DNA from: Eukaryota sp. TZLM1-RC
Lineage: Eukaryota > Protista > Metamonada: BaSk clade
Assembly (NCBI GenBank): GCA_040285825.1
Contig: JAUPSS010000001.1
Location: forward strand, 2,294,001-2,358,000
Length of the DNA stretch: 64,000 bases
Reading direction: 5' to 3'
Under the pieces are notes generated by a model. It saw only the letters and a program-made list of their open reading frames with translations, had not been told where the DNA came from and ran no database searches. Below are positions 36,676 to 48,700 of the stretch, piece after piece. The position numbers and the translations under genes were made by a program. The stretch's first letter is position 1; each line of letters opens with the position of its first letter.

Positions 36676-36748
36676 GACCCTGTGGCGTAATTGGAAGCGC
36701 GTTTGACTACGAATTAAAAGGTTGTGGGTTCGAGTCCTACCTGGGTCG
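36676..36748 (+). tRNA. tRNA-Arg (ACG)
   Basis: GACCCTG..GCGT/GCGC D-arm, TTTGA CT ACG AA TTAAA, GTGGG TTCGAGT CCTAC, CTGGGTC-G, then a T-run. One acceptor-stem mismatch. Confidence 0.92.
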
Positions 36749-36959
36749 TTTTTAATGCTGTGTCCAACAACACAATTTTTGACAAAACTTTGTCATATGC
36801 TATTAACCATCTTTCTAAAGGAAAAGCAGCAGTTCCATTTGGTATTTCATTTGATGATTTGAAGCTGGCCTGTTTAGTATACACAAGTCCTTGATTCATT
36901 TCAGTAAACGTAATCCAATGTTGAAAATAGTTTGTTATATCTAAGTCATATCTCATTTT

Positions 36960-37225
36960 TTTATTTATGTTCTGTATTTTTATTAAAATCAAATTCTATC
37001 TAGTATTCAATATCCTCCAAACAAGCATCACTATTACTGAACCTACTCACAGCATTTCGTTCATATTCTTCACCAATAGCTAAAAGAGTCTTAGGAATCA
37101 TTGTTGGAATAGACTTGGAAACGCAAAAAAACAATTCTATTTAACCAGAAACTGGAATTCATTTTTGACGAGATCTATTCAGTAAAACTTTTTTGAAATT
37201 TTCACAAAAGTGAAACCTCAATTAT
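36960..37225 (-). mobile_element. Non-LTR 3' tail fragment (family G, B-related)
   Basis: Ends FSNSDACLEDIEY*, followed by AATAAA. Confidence 0.65.
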
Positions 37226-37254
37226 TGGTCCTTTTAATGTTTTTTTCTTTAATG

Positions 37255-38435
37255 TATTGCACACTTAATTAAATTAACTCATAACTAATGGGACGACTAT
37301 CATTGAACCAAGATTTCCTCTACAAAATCTTGATCTGCTTGCTGTCTAGCTAAAGCTTCTCTAATTCGATTGAAAAACCGAGGTAATCTATTAAAAATGG
37401 CAAATTGAATCCGTGAACGCCATAAAAAAATATCAAATCTTTTCATTGTTTTTTCTTGTACAATTTTTTGGAGGTCATCCAAAAAAGTTTCTGCTTCAAC
37501 CGATAATCTTTATATTTATCGAAAATGGGAAAGCAATAAAAACCAGCTGTGTATTTCTATCGACATTAGCCTCTTCAATATCTTCATCATATTTTCTATG
37601 TTTCTCTTTTGCTTTAAAATCCAGAGCAGCCACAGGATTAAGTTTTCTTCTGTGAACCAAAGTATCATTTGCAACATTACATGAGACAAAGTCAACAATA
37701 GCTTCAGAATCATCAATCCAATCACAGTATACATCACCTCTATCATCAGAACCAAAATTATTCAGAGAAAGTGTTTCCTTCAGCAGGGGCTCTTTGATAC
37801 ACGATATTCTTGCAGTTTGTGCCATATTGAAAACAGTGTCTCTAACAGCATCATGTAACGAAGAACGATAAGTTATCAATTTAGAGCAATTCAGAGCATG
37901 GCGCAAAGTGAGTTGAGGTGAATTCGAACAAATACATTTTTCTTTTGATAATAATTGATTAATGGGGATGTTCAAATATAATCCGATTTTTGTTACAAAT
38001 GCTTCATTAGTGGCACACAATCCAAATCTTCGTGGTACAATGGTTACAAAAAATGAAGAATCTGATGACTTGTTTTCACAAACACCCTTTTCCAATAACA
38101 ATGAGTGAAGATCTTGATTTAAAACAGCCGAGCTGCATATATTATTATAAAGATATTTTTCATACATTCCAGTCAATCGTTTCTGTAATGTTCGAAGAGT
38201 GTACTTCAAATTTAAAACATTTTTTTCTGGAATATTGCCATTGAATGATTGGGGAAAACATCGACCCCATTTTTCTACATCAATTTTTGAAATTTCTTCA
38301 TTTAATGCAAAAACAGTGGAACTTTGCGATCTTTCGGAAAACTCAAAGATTGCATTTCTGCATCCACCAACAAAAGCACACGAGGTAAGAATAGAAGCCT
38401 TCGTCCACCCTAAACCGCCATAATGTGGACTAAGG
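37255..38435 (-). mobile_element. 5'-truncated family A non-LTR copy
   Basis: Close match to 48715-49925, with small indels. Confidence 0.9.
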
Positions 38436-38477
38436 TTAAATGTTTCGAATGAAATTAATTTTTTTTTGCTTTAGGAT

Positions 38478-39400
38478 AAATTTATTTTCAACGCTAACAA
38501 AACATAAAACAAAAAACTAGAACTCAATATCCTCAATACACGCATCAACATCATCAAATCTTTTAAGCGCGCGATTTTCATACTCTATTCCTAATTGTAA
38601 CAGTGCTTTGGTCAACATTTCTGGAATTGCTTTAAGAATACTGAAAACAATTCTATTGTGCCAGAAATTGAAGTTCAATTCTTTTCCTGCTCTTTCTTTT
38701 ATAAGACTTTTGAAACCTTCGAGAAATTTAATTCCAGATATTCCAATGTTACCAAAAAGAGAAACAGCAAATGGAACCAACTGATACTTAACATGCTCAA
38801 CACGTCCTAGCTGAGATAAGGGTTCATTGTACTTTTTGATTTTGCTCTTTTCGGCAAAGCAAAGTGGAGTTTCATCTCTTTTAGCAAAGTCAATTGCTGA
38901 GTCTTTACAAACATCAACTGTGACAACATCAACAACTTTAATAACACCATCAGACGCAGGGGTAATTAAATCAGCACGGCGTTTCCCAAAAGTATTTTCA
39001 TTGTCATTTTCAGATGACAACCTTCGCACAAGTGGTTCAACAAAAGCTTCAATGTGATGGCTTTTGCACATAGCGTATAGTTGGTCTCTAACAGCATCGT
39101 GAACAACTGAGCGATATGTAATATTAAATTTGCAATTAAATAAATGATTCAAATTAATGAGCTGACCACAACGACAAATCAAATCATTTGGCACACTACA
39201 TGGCCACAGGAAACACCTCATCCTGAAGGCAGTTGTCCATTGATGATCATTCAACAATAGACCATATACATTTGGAATCTGGGAAATAAGACAACTTGAG
39301 CTACTATCCTTGAGGTCAATTAAAAAGTTTGCAAAAACGGGATTCTTTTCTTTAGCCAAGCTAAGACGAACAGTGAAATCCAAGTTTTCAAAAACTTTTA
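38478..39400 (-). mobile_element. 5'-truncated family B non-LTR copy with an intact zinc-finger + restriction-like endonuclease frame
   Basis: 288-aa ORF: CRCG..HLFNC, HDAVRD, RAD, VDV, EKSKIKKY, PFAVSLFG. Confidence 0.9.
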
Positions 39401-39435
39401 ATGAAATTAATGAAATTGCTTCTGAAGCTTCGCAT

Positions 39436-39736
39436 TTTATTGCTTTCCCATTTTCGATAAATGGAAGATTATCAGTTGAAGCAGAAACTTTTTTGGATGA
39501 CTTCCAAAAAATGGTGAAAGAAAAAACAATGAAAAGATTTGATATTTTTTTATGGCGTTCACGGATTCAATTTGCCATTATTAATAGATTACCGCGGTTT
39601 TTCAATCGAATTAGAGAAGCTTTAGCTAGACAGCAAGCAAATCAAGATTTTGTAGAGGAAATCTTGGTTTAATGATAGTCGTCCCATTAGTTATGATTTA
39701 ATTTAATCAAGTGTGCAAATTCAATAAATTAATTCT
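39436..39736 (+). mobile_element. Short 5'-truncated family A non-LTR copy
   Basis: Identical 3' peptide and UTR; 10-bp TSD AGCTTCGCAT at 39426-39435 and 39737-39746. Confidence 0.88.
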
Positions 39737-39827
39737 AGCTTCGCATCTTTGCAGAATTATTGGTCTTTCTTTGACTGTGTTTACACCAAAGTTTAAAACA
39801 CACAGGCACTCTTAGTTCTCCTTCAAC

Positions 39828-42059
39828 ATGTCCTCTTCTCGTTGTTCCCCTATAGACACTGAATCCCGTCCTATTTCACCCCTTGCTCTACTTTTACATC
39901 AATCTGGAAGCAGTGGCTATGGATCTCAGCAACATTTTTCGCATGAAAATCTCTCCCAGGATACATCACATTGTACTCACCAGTGCTCTCCGTTCAATTG
40001 GAAGGTAGGAGTCAAGTCTATTTCTATTGGTTATGGTCATACCCTTCTCCTCACACACTCTGGTGAAGTTTACGGTTGGGGGGATAATGAAGAAGGTCAA
40101 GTTCTGTATGATGGACCTAGTAATGTGTTATCACCAATCAAACTTCCTCTCACAGATATAGTTTCCATTTCAGCTGGATATTGTCACTCGCTAGCTCTCT
40201 CTTCTGTAGGGAAATTATTCGGTTGGGGTTTCAATGAAGATAATCAATTGAACATTTCAGAAAAGACTTTACTACCATTGTCCATTATTGATATTCCTTT
40301 TCAAACCAAGGAAATTTCTGCTGACTGTGGCTGTTCATTTGCTTTGACTCCAGAAGGTCAAGTTGTTCAATGGGGGTGTGGGGAGTCTTTTGATTTACTG
40401 GAAGATGTGAGTAGTATTGTTTTTATTTCTGCTTATCTGGACTCAATCGTAGCAGTTGATTTGGACGGTAACTTCTGTTTTCTTACAAATGATGATGACG
40501 TAACTACTACGGAAGAGGAGGAAGGCACTGATGATGATGGTTCTGATTGTTTTGAGTGTGTTTCATTTGCTCAGATACCAGTAGGCAAGTACGTTTTGCC
40601 AACAAAACCATCAATGAATTCTTTTTTATTTGTTGAGAATTTTCTCTTTATTATCGACTTCAATGGTGAAGTTTTGAAGTTTAACAAGGGGGATGATGAC
40701 GTTCCTTTCAATAACAAACCCACCAAAGTTCCAGGGTTGAATAATATTGTTTCTATTAGTGGTTATGATGGTATTTATGCTGCCATTGATAATAATGGTA
40801 AAGTTTATTTATGGGGTTGGTTGAGTAGATTAAGTGATGTTTATGAAGATAGTGAAGAACCAAGATGTATTGAAGCTTTCAATAATATTGAAGGTATTTC
40901 AGTAGGTTACAACTTCCTTTTTGCCTACAACAAAAACACTGTTTGGGCTTGGGGAAGGAACGATAAAGGTCAATTAGGTACAGGTGATTTGATTGATCGA
41001 CCTCAACCTGTCAAAGTATTTGGATCTGAAATACTTGGCAGTTTCCATTATCCCAATCAACCTTTGGATAGAATGTTTAGTGGTCTAATTAAGCTTGTTT
41101 ATTGGGAATATTTATTTCATTTGCAAAAGCTCTTTGGTAATCATCCATATACCAAAGCAAGATTTCACTCCAAATGTGGTGTTAGTAAAATTGTAGCAGA
41201 GTATACTAAAGAATTTCTTCAATTTACAAAGGGTGGTTTTAATCAATCCTCATGTGTCAATCCAATTAAACATGGCTTGTTTTTAAAAGATCCTCAAGAT
41301 TTAACTTTAGCTGAAAATATTTGTGATTTACAATTGCGATTTTCTTCCTATTACAAAGGTTCCAAAGTAATTAATTCTAGAATTAAAAAACTTTATGTTT
41401 ACTATGATCTGGTTGATCATGACCCCCAGTTATTGTCCTTTTTCCCCAGTGTTGAGGTTGTTGAGCTTGGTGGAAAACCTAATTTTGGAAGACAGCTAGT
41501 CAATTTGGCACAATTTTCAAATCTGAAATGTTTGAATCTCGATTATATTTTCAATGTACAACAATTACCCACTTCACTAGTGAAGTTGGAGCTACAAGAC
41601 CGTGGCATTCAGGTCACTGATTTAAGCTATCTTGTGTCTTTAAAAGAATTGTTGGTGTTTTCTCATGTTTCAAGAAATGTTGTTACTGGAGTTATATCTT
41701 TACCGCAATCGATTGTTAGATTTGAAGTTTGGTTTAACAATGTTGAAGATGTTGAAATTTCTTTACTAAATTTGAAGGAATTGATAATTCATGAAGCAAT
41801 TCCTACCAATATCACTGAACAAAACTTTCCTGCTTTGAAATTCATTCAATTGATTAAACCTGATGAAGACAGTCTGTCAGATTCTCCCCTATCTCCAACA
41901 AAACTTATGGATCAAGGTTTAATCAAATCTGTCAAATTCATCAAGAATGAATATTTAGTTGAATTATCCTGTTTTCCATGGTGGGTTCAGTATTCAGCTA
42001 GAAGGTATTTGGTTGATATTTTCCGTGACTGTCTTGATGTAAATTTTTCGTTTATATAA
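39828..42059 (+). CDS. RCC1-repeat protein with an LRR-like C-terminal region
   Basis: ISIGYGHTLLL..GEVYGWGDN..GQ, ISAGYCHSLAL, WAWGRNDKGQLGTG; C-terminal LPTSLVKLEL / LSYLVSLKEL / LPQSIVRF repeats. Confidence 0.88.
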   Translation: MSSSRCSPIDTESRPISPLALLLHQSGSSGYGSQQHFSHENLSQDTSHCTHQCSPFNWKVGVKSISIGYGHTLLLTHSGEVYGWGDNEEGQVLYDGPSNVLSPIKLPLTDIVSISAGYCHSLALSSVGKLFGWGFNEDNQLNISEKTLLPLSIIDIPFQTKEISADCGCSFALTPEGQVVQWGCGESFDLLEDVSSIVFISAYLDSIVAVDLDGNFCFLTNDDDVTTTEEEEGTDDDGSDCFECVSFAQIPVGKYVLPTKPSMNSFLFVENFLFIIDFNGEVLKFNKGDDDVPFNNKPTKVPGLNNIVSISGYDGIYAAIDNNGKVYLWGWLSRLSDVYEDSEEPRCIEAFNNIEGISVGYNFLFAYNKNTVWAWGRNDKGQLGTGDLIDRPQPVKVFGSEILGSFHYPNQPLDRMFSGLIKLVYWEYLFHLQKLFGNHPYTKARFHSKCGVSKIVAEYTKEFLQFTKGGFNQSSCVNPIKHGLFLKDPQDLTLAENICDLQLRFSSYYKGSKVINSRIKKLYVYYDLVDHDPQLLSFFPSVEVVELGGKPNFGRQLVNLAQFSNLKCLNLDYIFNVQQLPTSLVKLELQDRGIQVTDLSYLVSLKELLVFSHVSRNVVTGVISLPQSIVRFEVWFNNVEDVEISLLNLKELIIHEAIPTNITEQNFPALKFIQLIKPDEDSLSDSPLSPTKLMDQGLIKSVKFIKNEYLVELSCFPWWVQYSARRYLVDIFRDCLDVNFSFI

Positions 42060-42299
42060 ACAAATGTTTTGGCAAATAGTTTGTGTTGGGTAATATTTTC
42101 TAGGTAAACATCACCTTAAACGTTCCTACGCACCTCATCTTCCACAAAATAGAGATGTCTAAATAGGAACAGCCCAACCAGGCTATTTAATGCTCGGTAC
42201 AAACCAATTTTAGTGATAAAAATGAGCTTAATAATGCTGATGATCATGTCTTTCAATTGGCCATGTTTATATCATCAATGATTTATAAACGTGTAAGAG

Positions 42300-42890
42300 A
42301 AGCTTTTGCTGGGAAGTATACAAGCCTATATTTGTTAATAAAAATTACAACACAGTCTCTTTTTGAAAAGAATAATTAAATGGACCCTAGGGATATCATT
42401 ATCAAAATGTGTAAAATCCCCATTATTGACCAACTTCAACGCATCTCCACGTATCAGATTCAAAAGAACTGTTTCTGCAGCATCGTCAGCATTGTGGCCA
42501 AGAACAAGCTTGTCTGCATTCAGTTTCTTCCAACCGATGGAGAGCGAACGTCGACGAAGTGTACCATAAACAGTGCACGACTTGGAATGTCCACTAACTG
42601 AGATTGCTTCATCGAGAGAGAAACCAAACAAATCAGCAAATGGAAGTACAACTAAAGGGAGATCTAAACGACGTTGAAGTTTGTCAACACATTCAAGGGA
42701 TAAGTCACAATACCCTAGTATCCCTTCATCTAAACATAAAAGATGGAGGTTGATGTTGTAGGAATAACGTTTGTTTAAGAGTGTAACAACTTCTGCGAGA
42801 CTGAATCTTTGTCTCCAGAAACACAAAGAGCAACGTTCTCACCAGGTTTGAAAAGAGAATTGGAGACAATTGTATCATGAACATCTGTTT
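42300..42890 (-). pseudogene. CTU1/Ncs6-like cytoplasmic tRNA 2-thiolation protein, truncated and degenerate
   Basis: LDEGI.GY, SCTVYGTLRR (CxxC decayed), GHNADD.AETVLLN..RGD. The PP-loop is frameshifted and both termini are missing. Confidence 0.75.
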
Positions 42891-43329
42891 CGGACTTTAC
42901 GGTAACTTGTGAATTTTTATTTGTTTAGGCAAACTTGGATGAAATTTGACTTGATAGTGAGTTTAATGGAGTGTTGCGCCATGCGTGCCATGCGTCCATG
43001 TGCGCATGGCTTAAACTTTAATATGTTAGGTGGTGAAGTTCAATACGATGTATTATTCATGAAATCACATCAGGTTAATAAATTGCTACTTATTGTATCT
43101 TTTTCAGTCGAAATTCCCAGAATATGTTTCTTCACAATTTTTGACACTTCAAAAGGGATGCAAAGATGGACTTCCCAACACTAGATTTCCGATATCACAC
43201 GACCACAAGATCTCTAACTTCTACCATTTGCTTCAAAGAACTTAAATCTGACTTCACAATTAGCTCGTCTTTAGAGAAAGACAAACTATTAATTAAACTA
43301 ATATGAATTTAGACAATTATTATTTTTCA

Positions 43330-44500
43330 AAAAATTTTATGTAAAAACATATAAATCAACATCTAAAAAATCCATATCTCCCAAAACAAAAACACTAGCT
43401 GCAACTCTCTCATAGTGAAATGCAAGAGAAAGCAAAGCATCAGAAACCATCTTCAACATCCCCTTAAAAATAGAAACACAATTCTATTTTGCCAAAACAA
43501 TCTGTTAAAATTTCTGTAAGTTCTTCTCTTTACAATCATTTCAAAGTCTGCCAAATAACGTATAGCCGTTGGAGCAAGTGGACCACAAAGAGAAAATACA
43601 AATGGATACAAATTGTATTTTGCATGCTGTTGACTGGACAATTTGGACAATGGTTCATTGAATTTTTTTGAGTTTTGAAATTTTCAGCATTTGAAAAAGG
43701 CTCATGAATTTCAGAATTAACAAGCATTTCATTTGAAACATTACAAGGATCAAAAGACATAACATCAAATAAAATGAAGGTTCCAACTAATCCAGGTAAT
43801 ATGACATCACCTCTATTATTCTTTTGCAAATCATCTTCAGTATCAAACATATTTGACAACAGTGGTTTCAAAAAAATATTCAATTCTATGAGACTTACAC
43901 ATACAATATAATTGGTTTCTTACAGTATCGTGAACCTTGCTTCTAAAAGTAATAAAATGTTTACAATTTAACAAATGAGTAATTGTAATATCTCGAGCAC
44001 ATTTACAAATTAAATCATGAGGTAAATTATCAGGCCAGATATAGGAACGAAATCTCTTATTCAAAGTCCAAGCAGAATCAGTTAAGAGATTACCATAAAC
44101 TTGAGGAATTGTTGTTACTAAGGCAGAAGTACTATCACACATATCTTGTAAAAGATTTGCAAAAGCGGGATTCTGTTTCTTGGCCAAGCCAAGTCTAACA
44201 TCAAAATCCAAGCTTTCAAAAATCTTTGACAATTTTTGTTGAAGCTTTTTACAGCAAAACTGTAAATTAAAAAGAAATCGAGTTCACAAGATAACTCATT
44301 CAAATAAGGACTGCAATTGGGAACTAACAGATGAGAATCATCAGGAAATCTACGAGAAAATTCATAAATAAAATTTTTGCCACCACCCAAGAATGCTGAT
44401 TGACACAAACTAGAAGATTTAGTAAATCCAATACCACCCAAATTTGCTGAAGAAAATAAGTGATTTTTCAACATTCCTGGTTCTACATCCAATCAATCAG
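43330..44500 (-). mobile_element. Family C non-LTR fragment
   Basis: LGGIGFTKSS, CKC..THLLNC, SKVHDTVR, RGD, PFVFSL; frameshifted. Confidence 0.85.
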
Positions 44501-44545
44501 CAAAAAATTCTGTTTAAAAATTAAAATTTTCTTTTATTTAGTCAA

Positions 44546-44911
44546 TTATTGTGCTTTTTGTTTCTCGAAAATCTCCTTTTCCTCTCTGTACAATTGTTGC
44601 TTGAAGATGTGTTTCTCTGGATCAGTTACCCTCTTTGCCCCTTCTCCTTTGTGTTTTTGGCTATGACGGTGTTCCAATTCTGCTGCAGGAGAACCAGCTG
44701 GAATTTCACCATGATGTCTTCTGGATTCCCACGATTTAACCTTGGACAGAGTTTCAGGATCAATGTCTTCCTCTTTCATTAGTTTTTGAATGGTTGGTAG
44801 TTGTTGCTCGTCAACTTCAGGATGAGGACCGTAGTATGTTTGACCTCGGAATTGCTGCTGGTCCTTTTGCTTCTTGCTCTGAGCACCTTTTTGTTGATGC
44901 GATTGGGACAT
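44546..44911 (-). CDS. Small hydrophilic protein; paralog of 17524-17892
   Basis: 121-aa ORF; highly similar protein and 5' flank. Confidence 0.72.
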   Translation of the reverse strand: MSQSHQQKGAQSKKQKDQQQFRGQTYYGPHPEVDEQQLPTIQKLMKEEDIDPETLSKVKSWESRRHHGEIPAGSPAAELEHRHSQKHKGEGAKRVTDPEKHIFKQQLYREEKEIFEKQKAQ

Positions 44912-45077
44912 GGGGTGGAATAAAAGTAGTGATTCTAAGGTGTAGATTCATTTTAATTGCAGAGGATATCTTTTAAATAAATCCTCAGATATTTAGACAA
45001 TTCTGATAGTTATTGTTGAATCGTTCAGTGCCGTTTTTAGAGACGTATTTGGTTGTTGCAACTATTAAAATAAAAAT

Positions 45078-45425
45078 GAAAAAGTACAATGAGCCCTTAT
45101 CTCAGCTAGGACATGTAGAGCATGTAAAGTATCAGCTGGTTCCATTTGCTGTTTCTCTTTTTGATAAGATGGGAATATCTGGAATTAAATTTCTCGAAGG
45201 TTTCAAAAGTCTAATAAAAGAAAGAGCAGGAAAAGAATTGAACTTCAATTCCTGGCACAACAGAATTGTTTTCAGTATTCTTAAAGCAATTCCCGAAATG
45301 ATAACTAAAGCACTGTTACAATTAGGAATAGAGTACGAGAATCGCGCATTGAAGAGGTTTGATGATGTTGATGCGTGTATTGAGGATATTGAGTTCTAGT
45401 TTTTTTGTTTAATGTTTTGTATGCG
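45078..45425 (+). mobile_element. Family B non-LTR 3' fragment
   Basis: KKYNEPLSQLG...DACIEDIEF*. Confidence 0.85.
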
Positions 45426-46399
45426 TTTCGAAAGAAAAAAAATCCTAAAAAAGGGACAATTGATCAATGAAGTTGCAAAATGAGTAACACAATAATAACT
45501 TTTGTATCGACAGAATCATAGATACCATGTATTCCAGGACAATTTTACAAATTAGTGATTTTCCTTCGCAGTGGCTTCGGCTAAAACATCAACATTTGGC
45601 AGATGTAGGAGAGGAAGTATTACTAATCATGATGCCTTAACAAAACTATTGCTAGCTACTTTTGAATCATAAACCAAAGAGTTGTCACTAAATCAGTTCA
45701 AGAGGACCTAAAACTGCTACACAAGGAATGACTTAATTTGAAAGTTTCTTTTTGTTATTGAACTCGAAGCCGTTGTTTCTTCAATTTTCATAACCAATTT
45801 TATAATATTTTGATATTTATTGATTTCAACAAAAGTTTTTTTTTTCGATTGTTGCATTGTCTTAATGACAAAGTCATAGTAAAAATCTTTACATTCATAG
45901 TAGTTCTTCAACAATATTCCACAACAATGTAGTGATTTATGGTCATCTTGGAAGAAGTCATTTTCAATAGTTGTGTTTTTGTCGAACAATCTGAACAAAC
46001 ATCAGTGAACTCTATTGCAGAAAAGATTGTTAAGATAAAAATCTCCTCCTCAGTTGATCAAGATATCTTCAATAAAGAAGTTTTCCTCTCAAAGCTTTTT
46101 TTGACAGGTTATCCATATATTCGTAAATTCTCATGAATACTGAAATAATGAAGAATCAAACAAATTTTGTACGACTGGTGGAAAATTGATTGAATCATGT
46201 CGACCATTATAAAACTTTGAATTTGTATTTCTTTACATTACCTTTGTCAGCATTTTGTAAAGTATCAATAACGAATCTTAGTAAATCAGAAGTAAAGGAC
46301 TTGTCGCTATGATCATCATTATAAATAGAAACAACAATGATGAAATTGGAAAAAATACAATAAACACAGAAAGTACTTTCAATATGCAGAATTAAATAG

Positions 46400-46765
46400 T
46401 AAATATGCTAAATATGCGAAACCCATTTGGTCGGTTAATGCAAATTCTCATGCCCAATATCATTTATGTGTCCTTGTTATTTCTTTGCTTGGAATCTCTA
46501 ACTGAGGCTGCTATGGCTTTCCTTGAGGATTTTGTTGTAGTTGAAAAAAAACTGGAAGAATTTTTAATCGTGTTTACTGGCAAAACAGGATTGTATTTTC
46601 TATTTTTAAGGGAATGGTAAAACTTATTTCTGATTCACTCTCTACTTTTGGAAAATTTTCTGAATCTTTGGCAATTAATTGTTTTTATGTAGGGGATGCA
46701 GGTTTCGAGGATGTTGAGTTTTAATTGTGTATTTTATGTTTTCATATTTGTTGTTGAATAAAATA
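46400..46765 (+). mobile_element. Family E non-LTR 3' fragment
   Basis: Similar to 53835-54200; ends GDAGFEDVEF*. Confidence 0.75.
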
Positions 46766-48276
46766 ATAGTATATGCAAAATTCCATTTTTGATCCTCTGT
46801 GTCCTTGAGTCAGTAATTGTTTCTGATAGTTTTTTGAGCTTTTGATAAATCAATGATTAAAATAATTTACAGTAAATTATTATTAACAATAATAATAAAT
46901 AATAATTCAAAGACTCACCACAGACAACACTTTGATTTCGACTACAACAATCAACAGATATTACAAGAATACAAAAATATGTATTCTATTATCCAATATA
47001 TAATCTACAGTGGCTCTGTCTACCCTTATCACTTGTTAGTCGATCATAGGACCAAAAATTTCACATGTTTTGATCTTAAAGTGATACTTTGAGATAATGT
47101 GAAGTATATATTCTATTATCATTAGTGACCATGAAAATGCTCTTGATTGTTTGCCCTCCCCCCTCCGAATATTTAGTGTAAATGTGTCCCTGATAATTTG
47201 CATGAATGAGGCATCAACACTTCAAGATCTTGAACGAACGACCATCATTGTTGACGTGAGATCGACTGATGTGTTAATGATCATTTTAAACCATGAGCAC
47301 AATCAAAATTCAGGAATATCCTGTCTGCTGCTGAGAAATCCAAAATTGATTAATATAGGCAAAGTTGTATTCCTTGAATGCCGAATCTCACACTCATTAA
47401 GTCCTTTGTCCTTTTGCTTTTTCCTTACATGACTGTCTTGGACCTATTGTTTTGTCATTCTAAGATGATTAGACTTTGTGTGTAAAAACTTTGAAAAAAC
47501 CGAAAACTCTAAGAATTTTGCTATTTTGTGCCAAGACTTTTTGGCCTCAATTTTTTGGCGCTACAACCATTGCTACCATTATACAACTACGATATCAAGT
47601 CCTGTTGCTGAACATCAACACCGTAACCACAAAGTTACTCACTTTGATCATTTTCAACCAGTAACCAAACTCATGGACGTGATTGACGTTGAATCTGAAG
47701 AAGCAGTTCTGCAGCATTACGCCCTTGATAATACAGAAGATGCCAAACAAATTCCAAAATATTGATGACTGCTTGTGTTTGGAGTAACATTTTATTGATA
47801 GTTGTATTCTGAATTTGATAAAAGAATTATTAATTCAATGTTTTGAAAACAAAAATTGAAAGTAAACTAAAAGAAGGAAGTCTTCCAGAAAACTTAGGGA
47901 ATTTTGCGATTTTGTCCCAAAGTGTTTGGTTCAAAAGTTTTAAACAGTTTTCGTCCAACAGTTTTCGGGCCCCAAGTTTCTGCAAATATGGTATTGAAAT
48001 TGTAAAACAGCGAACATGAACAGTTTTTTGATAATTTTTTACCAGAACAGAATTGTAATTCCAATTTTTAGAGGTTATGCTCCCTGATTTTTTTTGCCTT
48101 TTTATGGGGGAAAAGATTCCAGTCAATTGTTTTTGACTAAGTTGACTATATGAAAATATAAAATTTTAAGTTTGTTGTAAAGTTTTTCAAATTAAATAAA
48201 AACTAAAAAAATAGATTCCATTTTAACATTATTTGATTTGTGCGTTGGGGCATTGTATTTCCTAAAACAACAAAGT

Positions 48277-48350
48277 GCTCTCTTAGCTCAGTTGGTTAGA
48301 GCGTCGTGCTAATAACGCGAAGGTCACAGGTTCGATCCCTGTAGTGAGCA
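48277..48350 (+). tRNA. tRNA-Ile (AAT)
   Basis: Same cloverleaf as 16703-16776 with one acceptor-stem change; followed by a T6 terminator. Confidence 0.95.
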
Positions 48351-48700
48351 TATTTTTTGTTGGCGATGTTTGATTGAAAAATAATTGTTTGGATGAGTCA
48401 ATAGTGATTCAATGTATGCAAACAAAATAGTCACGTCCAAGGCACATAATTAACCGTTAAAATCAGCTTAAAATGGACACACAAAAGAATTATGTTATGA
48501 AATAAATTGATGGTTTCCAAGTTCAAGGAAGTGCAAAGAAATTGTTGTTGTTTTTCTGGTAGTGTAAAGCGACGATTAGTTAAACCTTGATTAAACGTTT
48601 GCTTGTTTCATAAAAATATTTAGTCTGTGGTTTGATGAAAATTGAACAGTTCATTGTGAGAAATGAACAATATGAACACTAATGTTTGACTTTCTTCTAT

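Noticed and set aside
45450-46400. Short ORF fragments that might be a decayed host gene
   Set aside because: No recognisable motif, so no call can be supported.
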